From: a virus
Length of the DNA: 64,000 bases
Direction: 5' to 3' (one strand)
Virus record (IMG/VR): IMGVR_UViG_3300049137_000157
Span: 1-64,000 of that record
This document shows positions 1-9,587 of this stretch, in pieces (position 1 is the stretch's first letter; each line of letters opens with the position of its first letter). The position numbers and the translations under genes were made by a program. The notes under the pieces are model-generated. The model made no database searches and had not been told where the DNA came from. It saw only the letters and a list, made by a program, of their open reading frames with translations.

Positions 1-159
1 GGGGGACGGGCGGCCGTCCAACGACGCCCTGGCTTTGGCGAACAGCGTCGTCAACCATCTGCGTAGCAGGGGTCGCTACCCGGACGGTCGGGTGACCGTT
101 CTGAGTGACGGCCGAGAGGTCCGCGTCTACTGGTCCGACACCAACCCGGAGGACGAAGG

Positions 160-405
160 ATGACCGAACACGGATCCCCCGTGTACAAGATCAGCACTCC
201 GGGGACCGACCTCCCGGACTTCGAGACGCAACTCCCGAGCGAACTGAGCGCGTACCTGCGAGGTCTGCTGACCGCCGACGGATGGTCGGGTGACGTGGGC
301 GAACTCGCGGACAGCTTCACGGACCGGATCGTCAACGAGGAGATCACCGGCCAGGTGCTGGTCCTCTCGCTGTCCCATCGGGAGGTGCACGCCAGCGTCG
401 ACTGA
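160..405 (+). CDS. hypothetical protein
   Basis: RBS gaagg before ATG; no family recognised. Confidence 0.55.
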   Translation: MTEHGSPVYKISTPGTDLPDFETQLPSELSAYLRGLLTADGWSGDVGELADSFTDRIVNEEITGQVLVLSLSHREVHASVD

Positions 406-453
406 CGACGTCGAGGGGTTCGGGCCTGCGGGCTCGGACCCCTCGTTCGCATT

Positions 454-467
454 ACGGCCTAGGCCGT
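454..467. promoter_or_regulatory. GGCCTAGGCC palindromic operator-like site
   Basis: Perfect 14-bp palindrome ACGGCCTAGGCCGT, TAAGCT -10-like hexamer just downstream, intergenic. Confidence 0.7.
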
Positions 468-509
468 TGAGTGCTAAGCTGCTGCATCCATCGAGGAAAG
501 AGCGGATCA

Positions 510-752
510 GTGAACCACACACACGAGATCCTTGCCGAGTCCTACCGGGAGACCCTCCTGGAGGCCACGAAGCGCCTGACAGAGGCAACCGACACCCAGG
601 AGGCCGAACTGGCGGGGGAGGCTCTCAGCGCAATGACCGGCGTCATGAAGGCCACTGTGGCGGACCTGATGGAGAGCGACCTGGACTTCCGGGGTGGCCG
701 GGACGTGCATGACTTCTACGTGCGGGCCGGACTGGGGTCGCGCGGCGTCTGA
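510..752 (+). CDS. hypothetical protein
   Basis: GTG start chosen after gaggaaag RBS within ORF 471..752. Confidence 0.55.
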   Translation: MNHTHEILAESYRETLLEATKRLTEATDTQEAELAGEALSAMTGVMKATVADLMESDLDFRGGRDVHDFYVRAGLGSRGV

Positions 753-798
753 GAGGGTCGAGCAACCCTTGTCCCGCGCATACAGCAAGAGGAGAGAA

Positions 799-1029
799 GT
801 GACCAACGAGGACCTGATCACTCGACGTGCAGAGCTGCTGCGTCAGGCCCGACAGCGGGTGCGTGGCGTCATGATCGCGGAGAGCCCGCTCTCCGGTGAC
901 GACGAAGCCGATCAGCAGACCCTCCTTCAGGAGATCGCCGATCTGGAGGAGTTCGTGAACCGGCCGACGCCGGGACTGCACCTGGACACGGTGACCGAGG
1001 ACGAAGAGAAAGAGGACGATGTCTGGTAG
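799..1029 (+). CDS. hypothetical protein
   Basis: GTG after aggagag RBS; stop overlaps next ORF. Confidence 0.6.
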   Translation: MTNEDLITRRAELLRQARQRVRGVMIAESPLSGDDEADQQTLLQEIADLEEFVNRPTPGLHLDTVTEDEEKEDDVW

Positions 1030-1264
1030 CGACACCTGGTCCTGCACCGAGAAGGACTGCAAGGAGAAGATCACGGACCCCAGCAAGGACGTCCGGTACA
1101 TGCGCGCCCGGCGTCACCTGAAAGACGTGCACGGCAAGGCCGAGGGTGGGCCCGGCGTTCCGGCCAGCAGTGTCAGTCCGTACACCCACCGGTCGCACGG
1201 GAAGCGCAGCCGGTCCGGTGACGGCTGGTTCGGCGACCTCCTCGACACCCTGCTTGGCGACTGA
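1019..1264 (+). CDS. hypothetical protein (small Cys/His-containing)
   Basis: CxxxxC...HxxxxH; RBS gagg. Confidence 0.55.
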   Translation: MSGSDTWSCTEKDCKEKITDPSKDVRYMRARRHLKDVHGKAEGGPGVPASSVSPYTHRSHGKRSRSGDGWFGDLLDTLLGD

Positions 1265-1276
1265 GGCGAGAAGGAC

Positions 1277-1558
1277 ATGACGACACTTCGACTGACGCGC
1301 ACGACGATCAAGGTGCTCCGGGTGATCCACCGGGCCACTTCCGAGAACCCCGCCTGGGGGTTGACCATCTGCACGGACGCCGGGCTGGGCACGGCCCGTG
1401 TGTACCCCCTTCTCGATCGGATGATCGATGCCGGGTGGCTTGTCCGCCGGGAGGAACTCGCCGAACGCGCCGATCGACCCAAGCGCCACTTCTACGAACT
1501 GACCGACGGCGGCCGAGAGGTCGTACAGCGCCTGCGAGAACAGGGGGAGCTGCTGTGA
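1277..1558 (+). CDS. PadR-like winged-helix transcriptional regulator
   Basis: WGLTICTDAGLGTARVYPLLDRM...GW...RPKRHFYELTDGG resembles actinobacterial PadR wHTH. Confidence 0.75.
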   Translation: MTTLRLTRTTIKVLRVIHRATSENPAWGLTICTDAGLGTARVYPLLDRMIDAGWLVRREELAERADRPKRHFYELTDGGREVVQRLREQGELL

Positions 1559-1902
1559 GCAAGCCTGGCATGACGACCGTGGAGGACTTCCTGCGGGAGC
1601 AGGGGACGTACTCTCCGGAACGAGCCGAGATCGTCTTCAGGATGTCTCAGGAGATCCGAGGAGAGATCAACGGCCTGTCGGCGGTTCAAAGCGGGCCCGT
1701 GGCGGCGCGTCCGGGGAAGTACGAGACTCAGCGCAGGCAGGCCCGGATCGACGGCATGCGGTACATGCTCGCCCTTGCTGCGGGCCTGCCCCTGGCGTCC
1801 CACTACGACGTCATTCCGGCCTTCCTGGAGAGGTTCAGGGAGGAGCGCCTGGCGTTCGCAAAGAAGGTCACGGAGGAGAGTCGGGCGGCACAGAGCCGAT
1901 GA
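1555..1902 (+). CDS. hypothetical protein
   Basis: GTG overlaps previous stop. Confidence 0.55.
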   Translation: MSKPGMTTVEDFLREQGTYSPERAEIVFRMSQEIRGEINGLSAVQSGPVAARPGKYETQRRQARIDGMRYMLALAAGLPLASHYDVIPAFLERFREERLAFAKKVTEESRAAQSR

Positions 1903-1936
1903 GACTGGTGGACCGAACGGATATGGGAGGGTGAAC

Positions 1937-2326
1937 ATGCAGTACTTCAGTGGCTCCGCACCGGCTCCAGTGGGGGGCAAGGTGATTCTCGTGGAGCGTG
2001 CACCCCGAGAGGGCCTCAAGGGGCACAAGGTCGAAGTCTGGCGGGTGGCGCAGTCTGCGATCTGGGTTCGTCAGCTCGACGGCACCGAGATCCCGGGTTG
2101 CTTCGACGTCGTGACCGGTTTCCGTTGCGACGAGATGCACGGGGCCTCTTCGGACCGCCTCATGCTCATGCACAAGTGGGAGGACCTCCGCTACCGGCAG
2201 ACCCTCCGCTACGAACTCAGCCGCATGGGTGTCTTGCTCTCCCGGCAGAACGAGACTGCGCTTCCGACGGACGCTCTCGTGCGTCTCAGTGCGGTGATGC
2301 GGGACTACGTGGACCCGCACGCCTGA
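1937..2326 (+). CDS. hypothetical protein
   Basis: RBS ggaggg; co-oriented. Confidence 0.55.
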   Translation: MQYFSGSAPAPVGGKVILVERAPREGLKGHKVEVWRVAQSAIWVRQLDGTEIPGCFDVVTGFRCDEMHGASSDRLMLMHKWEDLRYRQTLRYELSRMGVLLSRQNETALPTDALVRLSAVMRDYVDPHA

Positions 2327-2387
2327 CTCCCGAGGAGTGTCGGAGGCTTCCGCTACAACGACAGGAAACGACGAAAGGAGAAGCCGG

Positions 2388-3047
2388 ATGCCTCAGGTGG
2401 AGATCGTCTACTGCACCCGGGACGACGAGCTGTTCCATTGGTACCCCGGTCAGCAGGAACGCCGCCAGAAGACGTACATCGAGGTGGACATCGAGAACGG
2501 CACCTTGATGGCGGACTGGGCTTCAGAGGTGCCGGGAGGCACCGCTCAGTCGCAGCGTCTCCGTAACGGCATCGAGCGGCAGTACCCCATCCCCCCGCTC
2601 ACCGCCAAAGCCGCCAACCGGCTCCTGGACGAGCTGGCCCCATTCGCTCAGCGCGTCCTGGATGGGGCCAGCATCGAATGGGACAGTCGGAGCGGCCAGA
2701 TGGTCGGCATTCTCACCGAGGACGCTTTGGACGCAGAAGAGGCGATCGGGAAGCGCCTCGGCTACGACGTCGATCGCTACTCCGCCCTACCGGGCGAGGA
2801 CGTCTTCGACGACGTGGACATCATCGGAGTCTGGGATATCGACTCCGCTGTCAACGGCCAAGAAGTGTCTGAGTACGACATCACGACCGACACCGACGAC
2901 GACCGGCTGGAGCAGACCGAACGGGAGATTCTCTCCGACCTGAAGGACGCCGGGGATCACGAGGTCGTGGTGTGCCCCGGTCTCCGGGAGTACCTGATCG
3001 GGCTGCGTGACGACCTTCGGCGGACCGCCGAAGAGGACGACGACTAG
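2388..3047 (+). CDS. hypothetical protein (acidic)
   Basis: RBS aaaggag; 219 aa. Confidence 0.65.
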   Translation: MPQVEIVYCTRDDELFHWYPGQQERRQKTYIEVDIENGTLMADWASEVPGGTAQSQRLRNGIERQYPIPPLTAKAANRLLDELAPFAQRVLDGASIEWDSRSGQMVGILTEDALDAEEAIGKRLGYDVDRYSALPGEDVFDDVDIIGVWDIDSAVNGQEVSEYDITTDTDDDRLEQTEREILSDLKDAGDHEVVVCPGLREYLIGLRDDLRRTAEEDDD

Positions 3048-3057
3048 GAGAAGAACC

Positions 3058-3312
3058 GTGGGAAAGCTCGTGAACAAGGAAGTGGTGGAGGGGTTCTACA
3101 CCGAGACCACCACACGTCGGGACCAGAGGGCCCGATACAACTACGTCGAGGTGCTGATCTGGCCGGGCGCAGAGAAGGCCGGTGAAGTGCTCGCCGAGAT
3201 CGAGATGCCCTACGTCGTCTACCGGGACGCCTTGGGCGACGCCGCTCAGCTCGCCGTTCGTGAGCGACTGGACGAGCTGAAGGCGATGGCGGCACACAAG
3301 GCGACCTCTTGA
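3058..3312 (+). CDS. hypothetical protein
   Basis: RBS aggag before GTG. Confidence 0.6.
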   Translation: MGKLVNKEVVEGFYTETTTRRDQRARYNYVEVLIWPGAEKAGEVLAEIEMPYVVYRDALGDAAQLAVRERLDELKAMAAHKATS

Positions 3313-3372
3313 GGGAACCGCACGGTCACGGACCTGCGACTTCTGAGGGAATCCAACTTTCCGATTGGAAGG

Positions 3373-3765
3373 TTGGATCATAGCCTTACTCGGGAGTCAA
3401 AGGAGGAGAGATACGTGGCCAAGCATCGGTATGACCTGGGGAACGTACGCAACCTGGACGAGTTGATCGATCCGGACGAAGGCGGAGAAAAACTACGTCA
3501 GCCCTACCGGCGGATCGTAGGGATTGACCTCTTTCGCGCCGGGATCCGCTCCATCACTCGGCGCAACACAGGTGAGGTCTACCGCCGACTGCGGGAGCTG
3601 GAACTGGCGATCGGGGGGCGTGAACTGGCGAGCATCACTCCTGAGCAGGTGGAGCGTCTCGTGGGGCTGCGGACGAATGCAGATCCGCTGGATTCCCGGG
3701 AGTTCGATCGCATAGTGGAGCGTCTGCGTCTACATGGCATACAGGACACCCTCCGGGGGGCCTGA
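3373..3765 (+). CDS. hypothetical protein
   Basis: ORF followed by hairpin 3783-3811; start uncertain. Confidence 0.6.
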   Translation: MDHSLTRESKEERYVAKHRYDLGNVRNLDELIDPDEGGEKLRQPYRRIVGIDLFRAGIRSITRRNTGEVYRRLRELELAIGGRELASITPEQVERLVGLRTNADPLDSREFDRIVERLRLHGIQDTLRGA

Positions 3766-3859
3766 CGATCTAGCCGACTTCCGGCCCGAGGTGCCCCCAG
3801 CGCCTCGGGCCGGATTCGTCATGCAGTGGCGCTATTCCGGCATCTTTCGCTAGGCTTAT

Positions 3860-3869
3860 GGCCTAGGCC
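3860..3869. promoter_or_regulatory. GGCCTAGGCC site
   Basis: Exact match between TAGGCT -10-like hexamer and aaggagg RBS. Confidence 0.7.
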
Positions 3870-4003
3870 GTAAGGAGGCTGCGGATGAGTGACCCCCGAG
3901 TGGGTGTATTCATGGTCGACGGCTACACCTTCCTCAGCAAAGAGGAGGTCGACGCCTACTACGAGCAGCAGGCCGCCCTGGAATGGGCGGCGAGGGGAGA
4001 AGA

Positions 4004-4342
4004 GTGAATCCGGACAGGATCCTCACGCTGGACCTCCCGGGCCTGGTGGCCGACTTCCTCACGGAGGACGGTACGGCGGCCATGGAGGAGGGCACGAACA
4101 CCCGGATGGCCCTGCTGGAGGGTCAGGAGATCAGGCGTGGCCGGGGGTACAGCCTGCGGGTGACCGCTCCGGCGAAGGTGCACCTGGAGCTGCTCGGGTT
4201 GGCCTGGGTGCTCGGGGACGGCTGTTCGTCGGCCTCCGACAACGCGGCCTACCGAAGGTACCGGGACCGCATCGACGAGAAGATGAGCGAGTCCGGCAAC
4301 GGAGACGGGTTGGGGCATCTCCGCTCCCTCCCGTACATGTGA
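4004..4342 (+). CDS. hypothetical protein
   Basis: RBS ggag before GTG. Confidence 0.6.
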   Translation: MNPDRILTLDLPGLVADFLTEDGTAAMEEGTNTRMALLEGQEIRRGRGYSLRVTAPAKVHLELLGLAWVLGDGCSSASDNAAYRRYRDRIDEKMSESGNGDGLGHLRSLPYM

Positions 4343-4358
4343 GAGGAGAAGAGGAAAC

Positions 4359-4538
4359 GTGAACCAGTTCGGAATGCCGAGCGCCACGACCTACGACGTG
4401 ACGTCGGGAACCCAGCCGGGTACCGCCGCCCTGGAGGTGCGGACCCCGCATTGCCGTCACACCCTGCCGATGACGGTCGAGGGCCTGACCGACCTGATCG
4501 CAGCCGCCCAGGCCAAGCTGGCCGAGATCGCGAACTGA
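4359..4538 (+). CDS. small hypothetical protein (59 aa, not in ORF track)
   Basis: gaggagaagagg RBS, GTG...TGA, fills gap. Confidence 0.5.
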   Translation: MNQFGMPSATTYDVTSGTQPGTAALEVRTPHCRHTLPMTVEGLTDLIAAAQAKLAEIAN

Positions 4539-4547
4539 GGGGGAGTC

Positions 4548-4904
4548 GTGGATGAGGTGACGCACCGTCGGACCAAGGAGATCCGACTCCCCTTCTCGGG
4601 GGACGTGGTCGGCTGGATCGGGGAGTGGAGCGACGAAGGCTTCGAGGACACCTGGGACTCCTGGGGTCTGGACGGAGAGATCCTGGCGAACGGGACTCAT
4701 CGGCCTTGGGCGGAGTACACCATCCTGAAGAACGCCATGATGGTGACCCTTCAGGACGCGGCCGAGGTGGACGCAAAGGGGAACTTCGTGCAGCCCAAGG
4801 GAAGTCTTCTCGCATCGACGGCACGCATCCGGGAAATCGGAGAGGCTCTGAACCGGGTCCTCGTTCGACTCGCCCTCACCGTCTCCGTCGAGACCGACAA
4901 GTAG
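4548..4904 (+). CDS. hypothetical protein
   Basis: RBS gggag. Confidence 0.6.
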   Translation: MDEVTHRRTKEIRLPFSGDVVGWIGEWSDEGFEDTWDSWGLDGEILANGTHRPWAEYTILKNAMMVTLQDAAEVDAKGNFVQPKGSLLASTARIREIGEALNRVLVRLALTVSVETDK

Positions 4905-5028
4905 CTCCGGCCCTGCCGGAATCGGAAAGGAAGAGGAAATGAACGAGCTGTTCCGTGCCTTCGGTGCCCTCGCGCTGCTCTGGATCGACCGACTGTCCCG
5001 CCACTGACGTCACACGAGTTCATTTCGG

Positions 5029-5060
5029 GAACCCCGGCCACTTCAGGCCGGGGTTTCTTT
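5029..5060 (+). terminator. intrinsic terminator
   Basis: gaaccccggcc/ggccggggtttc stem then TTT. Confidence 0.7.
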
Positions 5061-5122
5061 GTTCGATTTACGTTTTCGCCTTAAAAGTAGAGGTGCGATC
5101 AAGGAGTTCTCCGTTCTATCCT

Positions 5123-5132
5123 GGCCTAGGCC
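5123..5132. promoter_or_regulatory. GGCCTAGGCC site
   Basis: Exact match directly after TATCCT; upstream of small ORF 5171..5314. Confidence 0.7.
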
Positions 5133-5170
5133 GTTAAAAGGCCCATCCCCCCCCGGAGAGGAAGAGGAAC

Positions 5171-5314
5171 ATGGCTCAGGACGAGAACAAGATCCCGACG
5201 CTCGGCGACCTGATGCGCCCGATCGACTGCTACGTCACCACGATCACGACCGAGGACGGCCGGACCACGGACGTCCAGCACTTCTGCGGCAACCCCAACT
5301 GCCCGGGTCTGTGA
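5171..5314 (+). CDS. small hypothetical protein (47 aa)
   Basis: RBS gagg; has its own promoter-like site and a following hairpin 5335-5366. Confidence 0.5.
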   Translation: MAQDENKIPTLGDLMRPIDCYVTTITTEDGRTTDVQHFCGNPNCPGL

Positions 5315-5377
5315 CCGATCTCGGCAGAAGTTCCAAGCCCCCGGCAGCCCCCTCGCCGGGGGCTTTCCGTGTATTAT

Positions 5378-5387
5378 GGCCTAGGTC
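5378..5387. promoter_or_regulatory. GGCCTAGGTC site (1 mismatch)
   Basis: Directly after TATTAT, before aggagg RBS. Confidence 0.65.
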
Positions 5388-5404
5388 ATAGGAGGAGAAG
5401 AGAC

Positions 5405-5800
5405 GTGAGCACTTCCGAAGAGAGAATCGAAGCCGCCCTCCTGCTCTTCCTGAAGGAGGAGCACGGGATCGAAGCCATCTCGGCCCGGGTGGGTGAGTCC
5501 GAAGTCGAGAGGGGCGCGGACTGTTCCTGCTGCGGCATCCACGAAGCGGACCTCATCCTCACCCCGATCCACTACCGGCTCGCAGACAAGTCGTGGGACG
5601 ACGACCTGAACCTCCACGGAACTGCCCCCGAGTTCCTGCCGAAGCTGGTGAAGTACCTCGACAGGATCACCGAGCAGGACGACGAGTTCTGTCCGAACTG
5701 CCGAGGCACCTACAACACCCGCATCGGCAACGACGAGAAGAACCACCACGCACCGTGCTGGTGCGGATCCGACGGCCACTCCACCTGCCAGCACTACTGA
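5405..5800 (+). CDS. hypothetical Cys-rich protein
   Basis: CSCC, CPNC, CWC motifs; RBS. Confidence 0.6.
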   Translation: MSTSEERIEAALLLFLKEEHGIEAISARVGESEVERGADCSCCGIHEADLILTPIHYRLADKSWDDDLNLHGTAPEFLPKLVKYLDRITEQDDEFCPNCRGTYNTRIGNDEKNHHAPCWCGSDGHSTCQHY

Positions 5801-5819
5801 CCCGAAGGGAAGGAACGTC

Positions 5820-6218
5820 ATGTCCATCCCAGTCGACAGAACCGGGAACAGTGACGCGTCGCTGCTCCACATCGCACTCATGGACGCCCTGACGTCCGGC
5901 CGAACCCTGACCGACAAGGAAGCGGCGGCCCTCCTGGACGGCTTCGCCCGTGCCTGGCACCGAAAGGGCTGGAAGGCCGGGTTCTCGCAGACCGACACCG
6001 ACGCCCTCCACGAGGCCCTGAACGAGGGGAAGGCCAGTGCAAACGAGAAGGGCGTGCACTACACGGTCGAAGAGCGACGGCCCGACGGTTACCCCGTCTG
6101 GGAGGTCACCCGCCGGACCCGATCCGACAACTGCCGCCTGATCACCGAGTACCTCCACCCGGTGGCCGCCAGCCAGGTCGCCGACGCCCTCAACAACTCC
6201 GCCCGACACGAGGACTGA
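5820..6218 (+). CDS. hypothetical protein
   Basis: RBS aagg; operonic. Confidence 0.65.
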   Translation: MSIPVDRTGNSDASLLHIALMDALTSGRTLTDKEAAALLDGFARAWHRKGWKAGFSQTDTDALHEALNEGKASANEKGVHYTVEERRPDGYPVWEVTRRTRSDNCRLITEYLHPVAASQVADALNNSARHED

Positions 6219-6220
6219 TC

Positions 6221-6532
6221 ATGATCTGGTACCAGGCAGCACAGTTCGACGGAGACTCTCGATGGTTTGTCGTCGATCTCGACAAGGGGTCCGATCGCGA
6301 CGCCGTCATCGACGCCGGACCTTGGGAAGACGAGGGCGAGGCCCGGACCTTCGCCGGTAACCTGAACAAGGCCATGGCTCTGTCCTGGAAGCGCGGTGAC
6401 GTCTACGCCGACCACTTCGACGGATGCACCGACTGCCCTGGCACCGAGAGCGGGGAGTGCGCCCGAGCCGTCGAGCTTCGTCTCGCCTGGCAGGAGGCCG
6501 AGAGGGCAACCCGCATCCCCGTCACCCGCTGA
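6221..6532 (+). CDS. hypothetical protein
   Basis: operonic; HxxxCxxC motif. Confidence 0.6.
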   Translation: MIWYQAAQFDGDSRWFVVDLDKGSDRDAVIDAGPWEDEGEARTFAGNLNKAMALSWKRGDVYADHFDGCTDCPGTESGECARAVELRLAWQEAERATRIPVTR

Positions 6533-6549
6533 ACAACAAGGAGATCAAC

Positions 6550-6897
6550 ATGATCGAGTCCGAGGTCCGCGAAGGTCTCATCACCAAGGCATGGCACCAC
6601 GACCTGTCCGATGACAGTGACACCATCACTGTGTTCCAGATGGAAGATGTCCCGGGAGCGTTCCACGGACCGGCCGACTGGCTGCCCCTGCTTGAGGAAG
6701 CCATCAGCATCAAGACGCGAGTCCGGGTGATGGCCAGCATCCCCGCTCCGGAGCCGTGCGGAGACCCGCTGTGCGGCGACGGCTGCTGTGAGGACCCGGA
6801 CTGCACCAACGTGCCCCTGGAGGAGCGACAGCGCCCCTTCGTCGTCCGGGCCGACACCATCGAGTGGCTCGATTCCGAAGCGGCGATGACCGGCTGA
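6550..6897 (+). CDS. hypothetical protein
   Basis: RBS aaggag. Confidence 0.6.
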   Translation: MIESEVREGLITKAWHHDLSDDSDTITVFQMEDVPGAFHGPADWLPLLEEAISIKTRVRVMASIPAPEPCGDPLCGDGCCEDPDCTNVPLEERQRPFVVRADTIEWLDSEAAMTG

Positions 6898-6954
6898 TGG
6901 TGGCCCCGAAGATCGGTGAGATCTACTTGATCTGAAACGGAAAGGAGAAAAGAC

Positions 6955-7269
6955 GTGACCGACACGTACCAGGAGGGCGAAGACCCTGTGAACGACGAGA
7001 CGATGACCGTGACGGTCCGAGACACCAGCGTCGAGGCACCTTGGGGGTACGGGCTCTTCCGGCCGGTGACTCGGCCGGTGACGATCTCGGCCTTCTGCCC
7101 CACCTGCGGTGAGCGCCGGGGGACCCCCCGGAAGCAACGCAACGCCGAGGACGGGGTTTCCTGGTGGACGGACGTGTGGGACAACCCCTGCGGCCACAAC
7201 GACATGTACACCTCCGTGATCCTGGAGGCCCGTGGACGAGGCACCCTCGGCCTTCCGCAGAGCCACTGA
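6955..7269 (+). CDS. hypothetical Zn-ribbon protein
   Basis: CPTCGERRG...NPCGH; RBS aaaggag. Confidence 0.65.
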   Translation: MTDTYQEGEDPVNDETMTVTVRDTSVEAPWGYGLFRPVTRPVTISAFCPTCGERRGTPRKQRNAEDGVSWWTDVWDNPCGHNDMYTSVILEARGRGTLGLPQSH

Positions 7270-7301
7270 ACATCGCACCACCCCGGAGAGGAGAAGAGAG
7301 C

Positions 7302-7715
7302 ATGACCAACAAGGCCCCCAAGAGGTATGTGGAGCGCTTCCTGGAGGTGGCCGAGGACACCGATTGGTCCCGGTACTCCCGGCTCCAGGATCTGACCCAG
7401 GCCGACCTGCGAGCGGCGGCCGAGGCGCTGTGGCAGCACTCCACCCGCACCCGACGCTACGTCCAGACCCTGCCGAAGAACATCACGTCCGACGACGTGG
7501 AGCGGGTCCTGATGACGTACGTCGGTACCTGGGAGGACGAGAACCACGTTGTCTCGGAGATCTACCGGTCCTTCATGGACCGGGTCGACGAGATGGGCCT
7601 GAGCCAAGGAACCCGGGACCGCATCGTCGAGGACCTGTACCAGCAGTGGGCCGGTGAGGTTCCTCGGACCGTCGTCAACAACGTCGACGGGATCCGGGGC
7701 TTCTACGGACTCTGA
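7302..7715 (+). CDS. hypothetical protein
   Basis: RBS gaggag. Confidence 0.65.
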   Translation: MTNKAPKRYVERFLEVAEDTDWSRYSRLQDLTQADLRAAAEALWQHSTRTRRYVQTLPKNITSDDVERVLMTYVGTWEDENHVVSEIYRSFMDRVDEMGLSQGTRDRIVEDLYQQWAGEVPRTVVNNVDGIRGFYGL

Positions 7716-7804
7716 GGACTCTGAGGACTTCGTTTCGGGGGGCGGCTGACGGCCGCCCCCCTTCTCAGCCATAATCAAGATTCGGCCGGAGGGGGTAATC
7801 TTTC

Positions 7805-8065
7805 ATGCCGTCGTACCTCTTTGAGTTTGAACTTTTCAACTTCAACACCGACCGAGAGCCGGACCTGAAGCTGGCCGAAGCTGCGAACAAGGCATGCGGT
7901 GCCGAGTTCTGGGAGTGCAACGGGCACGCTTACGTGTGGCTCCAGGTGGAGTCGTCTCACGTGGGATACGGGCTGCGTACAGCAAGGCAGCAGCTCTCGG
8001 GCCTGCTGCCCAACCGGCTGATGCAGATCCGAGACGTCCAGGAACTGAAAGAAGAGAGGGCCTGA
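7805..8065 (+). CDS. hypothetical protein
   Basis: RBS gagggg. Confidence 0.55.
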   Translation: MPSYLFEFELFNFNTDREPDLKLAEAANKACGAEFWECNGHAYVWLQVESSHVGYGLRTARQQLSGLLPNRLMQIRDVQELKEERA

Positions 8066-8316
8066 TGGTTTCACCCGAGAAGACCACCGGAGAGACCGAG
8101 GGCCTGACGGAAAGCCGCTACTCCGGACACACCCAGGCGGTTCTCCAGGGGCTGCGCATCGCTCGCGCGGCTCTGCTCGACCCGCGCCAGTTCGAACACG
8201 TCGATGACCTCCCCGGCAGAGAAGCCTCCGTGCAGGTCATCGAGCGGCTTGTGTCGCTTGCTGAACACGGGAAGTTCTGGAACGAGGTGAAAGGGCTGAA
8301 GCCCTACAGCCGCTGA
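8065..8316 (+). CDS. hypothetical protein
   Basis: TGATG coupling to previous gene. Confidence 0.55.
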   Translation: MVSPEKTTGETEGLTESRYSGHTQAVLQGLRIARAALLDPRQFEHVDDLPGREASVQVIERLVSLAEHGKFWNEVKGLKPYSR

Positions 8317-8480
8317 CCCGGCACACGCTTCGCAGTTGAGCGAGGCCCTCCGGGAACCGGAACGTTGAGGACCGCGTCCTCACTTCACACAGGCCACTCA
8401 GCATTTATTCGCAACCCTGTTGACTCCACAGAGGGTTGTGCGATTACCTGTCCAAGCACCGCATGGAATGGAGAAGAAAA

Positions 8481-9587
8481 GTGGAGCGAGAAGACCGACA
8501 GACACCCATCGAGAAGATGCTCGGCAAGAGCTTTATGATGGTCTCGGACCCGCGTCTGGCGAAGTACCCGCTGCCCGAGATCCCCGAGAACTGGGACCGA
8601 AGCAAGCCGTACCCGCACCCGACGCAGACCATCACCCCGGACATGGCGATGGACATCCTGCGCTACCGCGCCATCGAGCTGGACCGGATCCCGAAGGAGA
8701 TCCGGCACTCCGAGATGGTGGCCAACCGGCGGATCATGCCCGGTGCACTGACCGGTACCCGCCGCCGCAAGGGCCTCATCCAGATCCTCCGGGACGGCGA
8801 GTGGAACGAGGGCACCGCCAGTCCGATCCAGTTCAGCGCGGACGGCTTTCTGCTGGACGGCCAGCACCGCATCGCGGCCTGCGCCCTGTCCAAGCACCCC
8901 GAAATCTGCCCGACCGGCGTCGCCATCAAGGTCCCCGTCACCGACTGCGTCCCGTGGGACACGTTCGCCGTCACCGACGTCGGCCGGGGTCGTAACGCCG
9001 GAAACCTCCTCCGCATGAAGTACTCGGCCTACATCGGCGGTGCCGCCAAGCTGATCCTCCCCGTCCTGCACGGCGACGAGAGGCTGCGCTGGTCGTACAC
9101 GGAGGCGACCACCGCCGAGTGCGTCACCCTGGGGCAGCAGTGGCCGCTCTTCGACTCCCGGTGGGTCACCGAGATCATGAAGGCCACGACCCACCTCCAC
9201 ATCCCCACCACGCCACTGCTGGCGACCGTGATCATGGCCCTGGCGGCCGGTGGCGACAAGGTCAGCGACGACGTCCAGCAGTTCCTCAACGGCCTGAGCA
9301 TCGACTTCGAGGAGGGGTACCACTGGCCGTACGGTGACGGCAAGGACCCCCGGTACATGCTCAAGACGATGTACCTCCGCAAGAAGGCTGGCAGCAAGAA
9401 CTTGACCGACGCCGATCGGCGGCTCGCCACGGCACACATCCGGCGCGCCCTGGAGATCTGGCTGGAGCGCAAGTCCGACCGGCCGATCAACCTCCAGAAG
9501 CTGCCCAACCCGGGCGACAAGGAGCTTCTGCCCGAGGTTTGGCGGGCTGACGACGTCCGTACCTACCACCTGGAGGTCACGGCCTGA
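8481..9587 (+). CDS. ParB/Srx-like N-terminal domain protein (DGQHR motif)
   Basis: PIQFSADGFLLDGQHRIAA core motif; start uncertain (8436-8517). Confidence 0.65.
   Translation: MEREDRQTPIEKMLGKSFMMVSDPRLAKYPLPEIPENWDRSKPYPHPTQTITPDMAMDILRYRAIELDRIPKEIRHSEMVANRRIMPGALTGTRRRKGLIQILRDGEWNEGTASPIQFSADGFLLDGQHRIAACALSKHPEICPTGVAIKVPVTDCVPWDTFAVTDVGRGRNAGNLLRMKYSAYIGGAAKLILPVLHGDERLRWSYTEATTAECVTLGQQWPLFDSRWVTEIMKATTHLHIPTTPLLATVIMALAAGGDKVSDDVQQFLNGLSIDFEEGYHWPYGDGKDPRYMLKTMYLRKKAGSKNLTDADRRLATAHIRRALEIWLERKSDRPINLQKLPNPGDKELLPEVWRADDVRTYHLEVTA

Noticed and set aside
8481-9587. DndB / phosphorothioation system
   Set aside because: DGQHR alone is shared across ParB-like folds; no dnd or ssp genes seen
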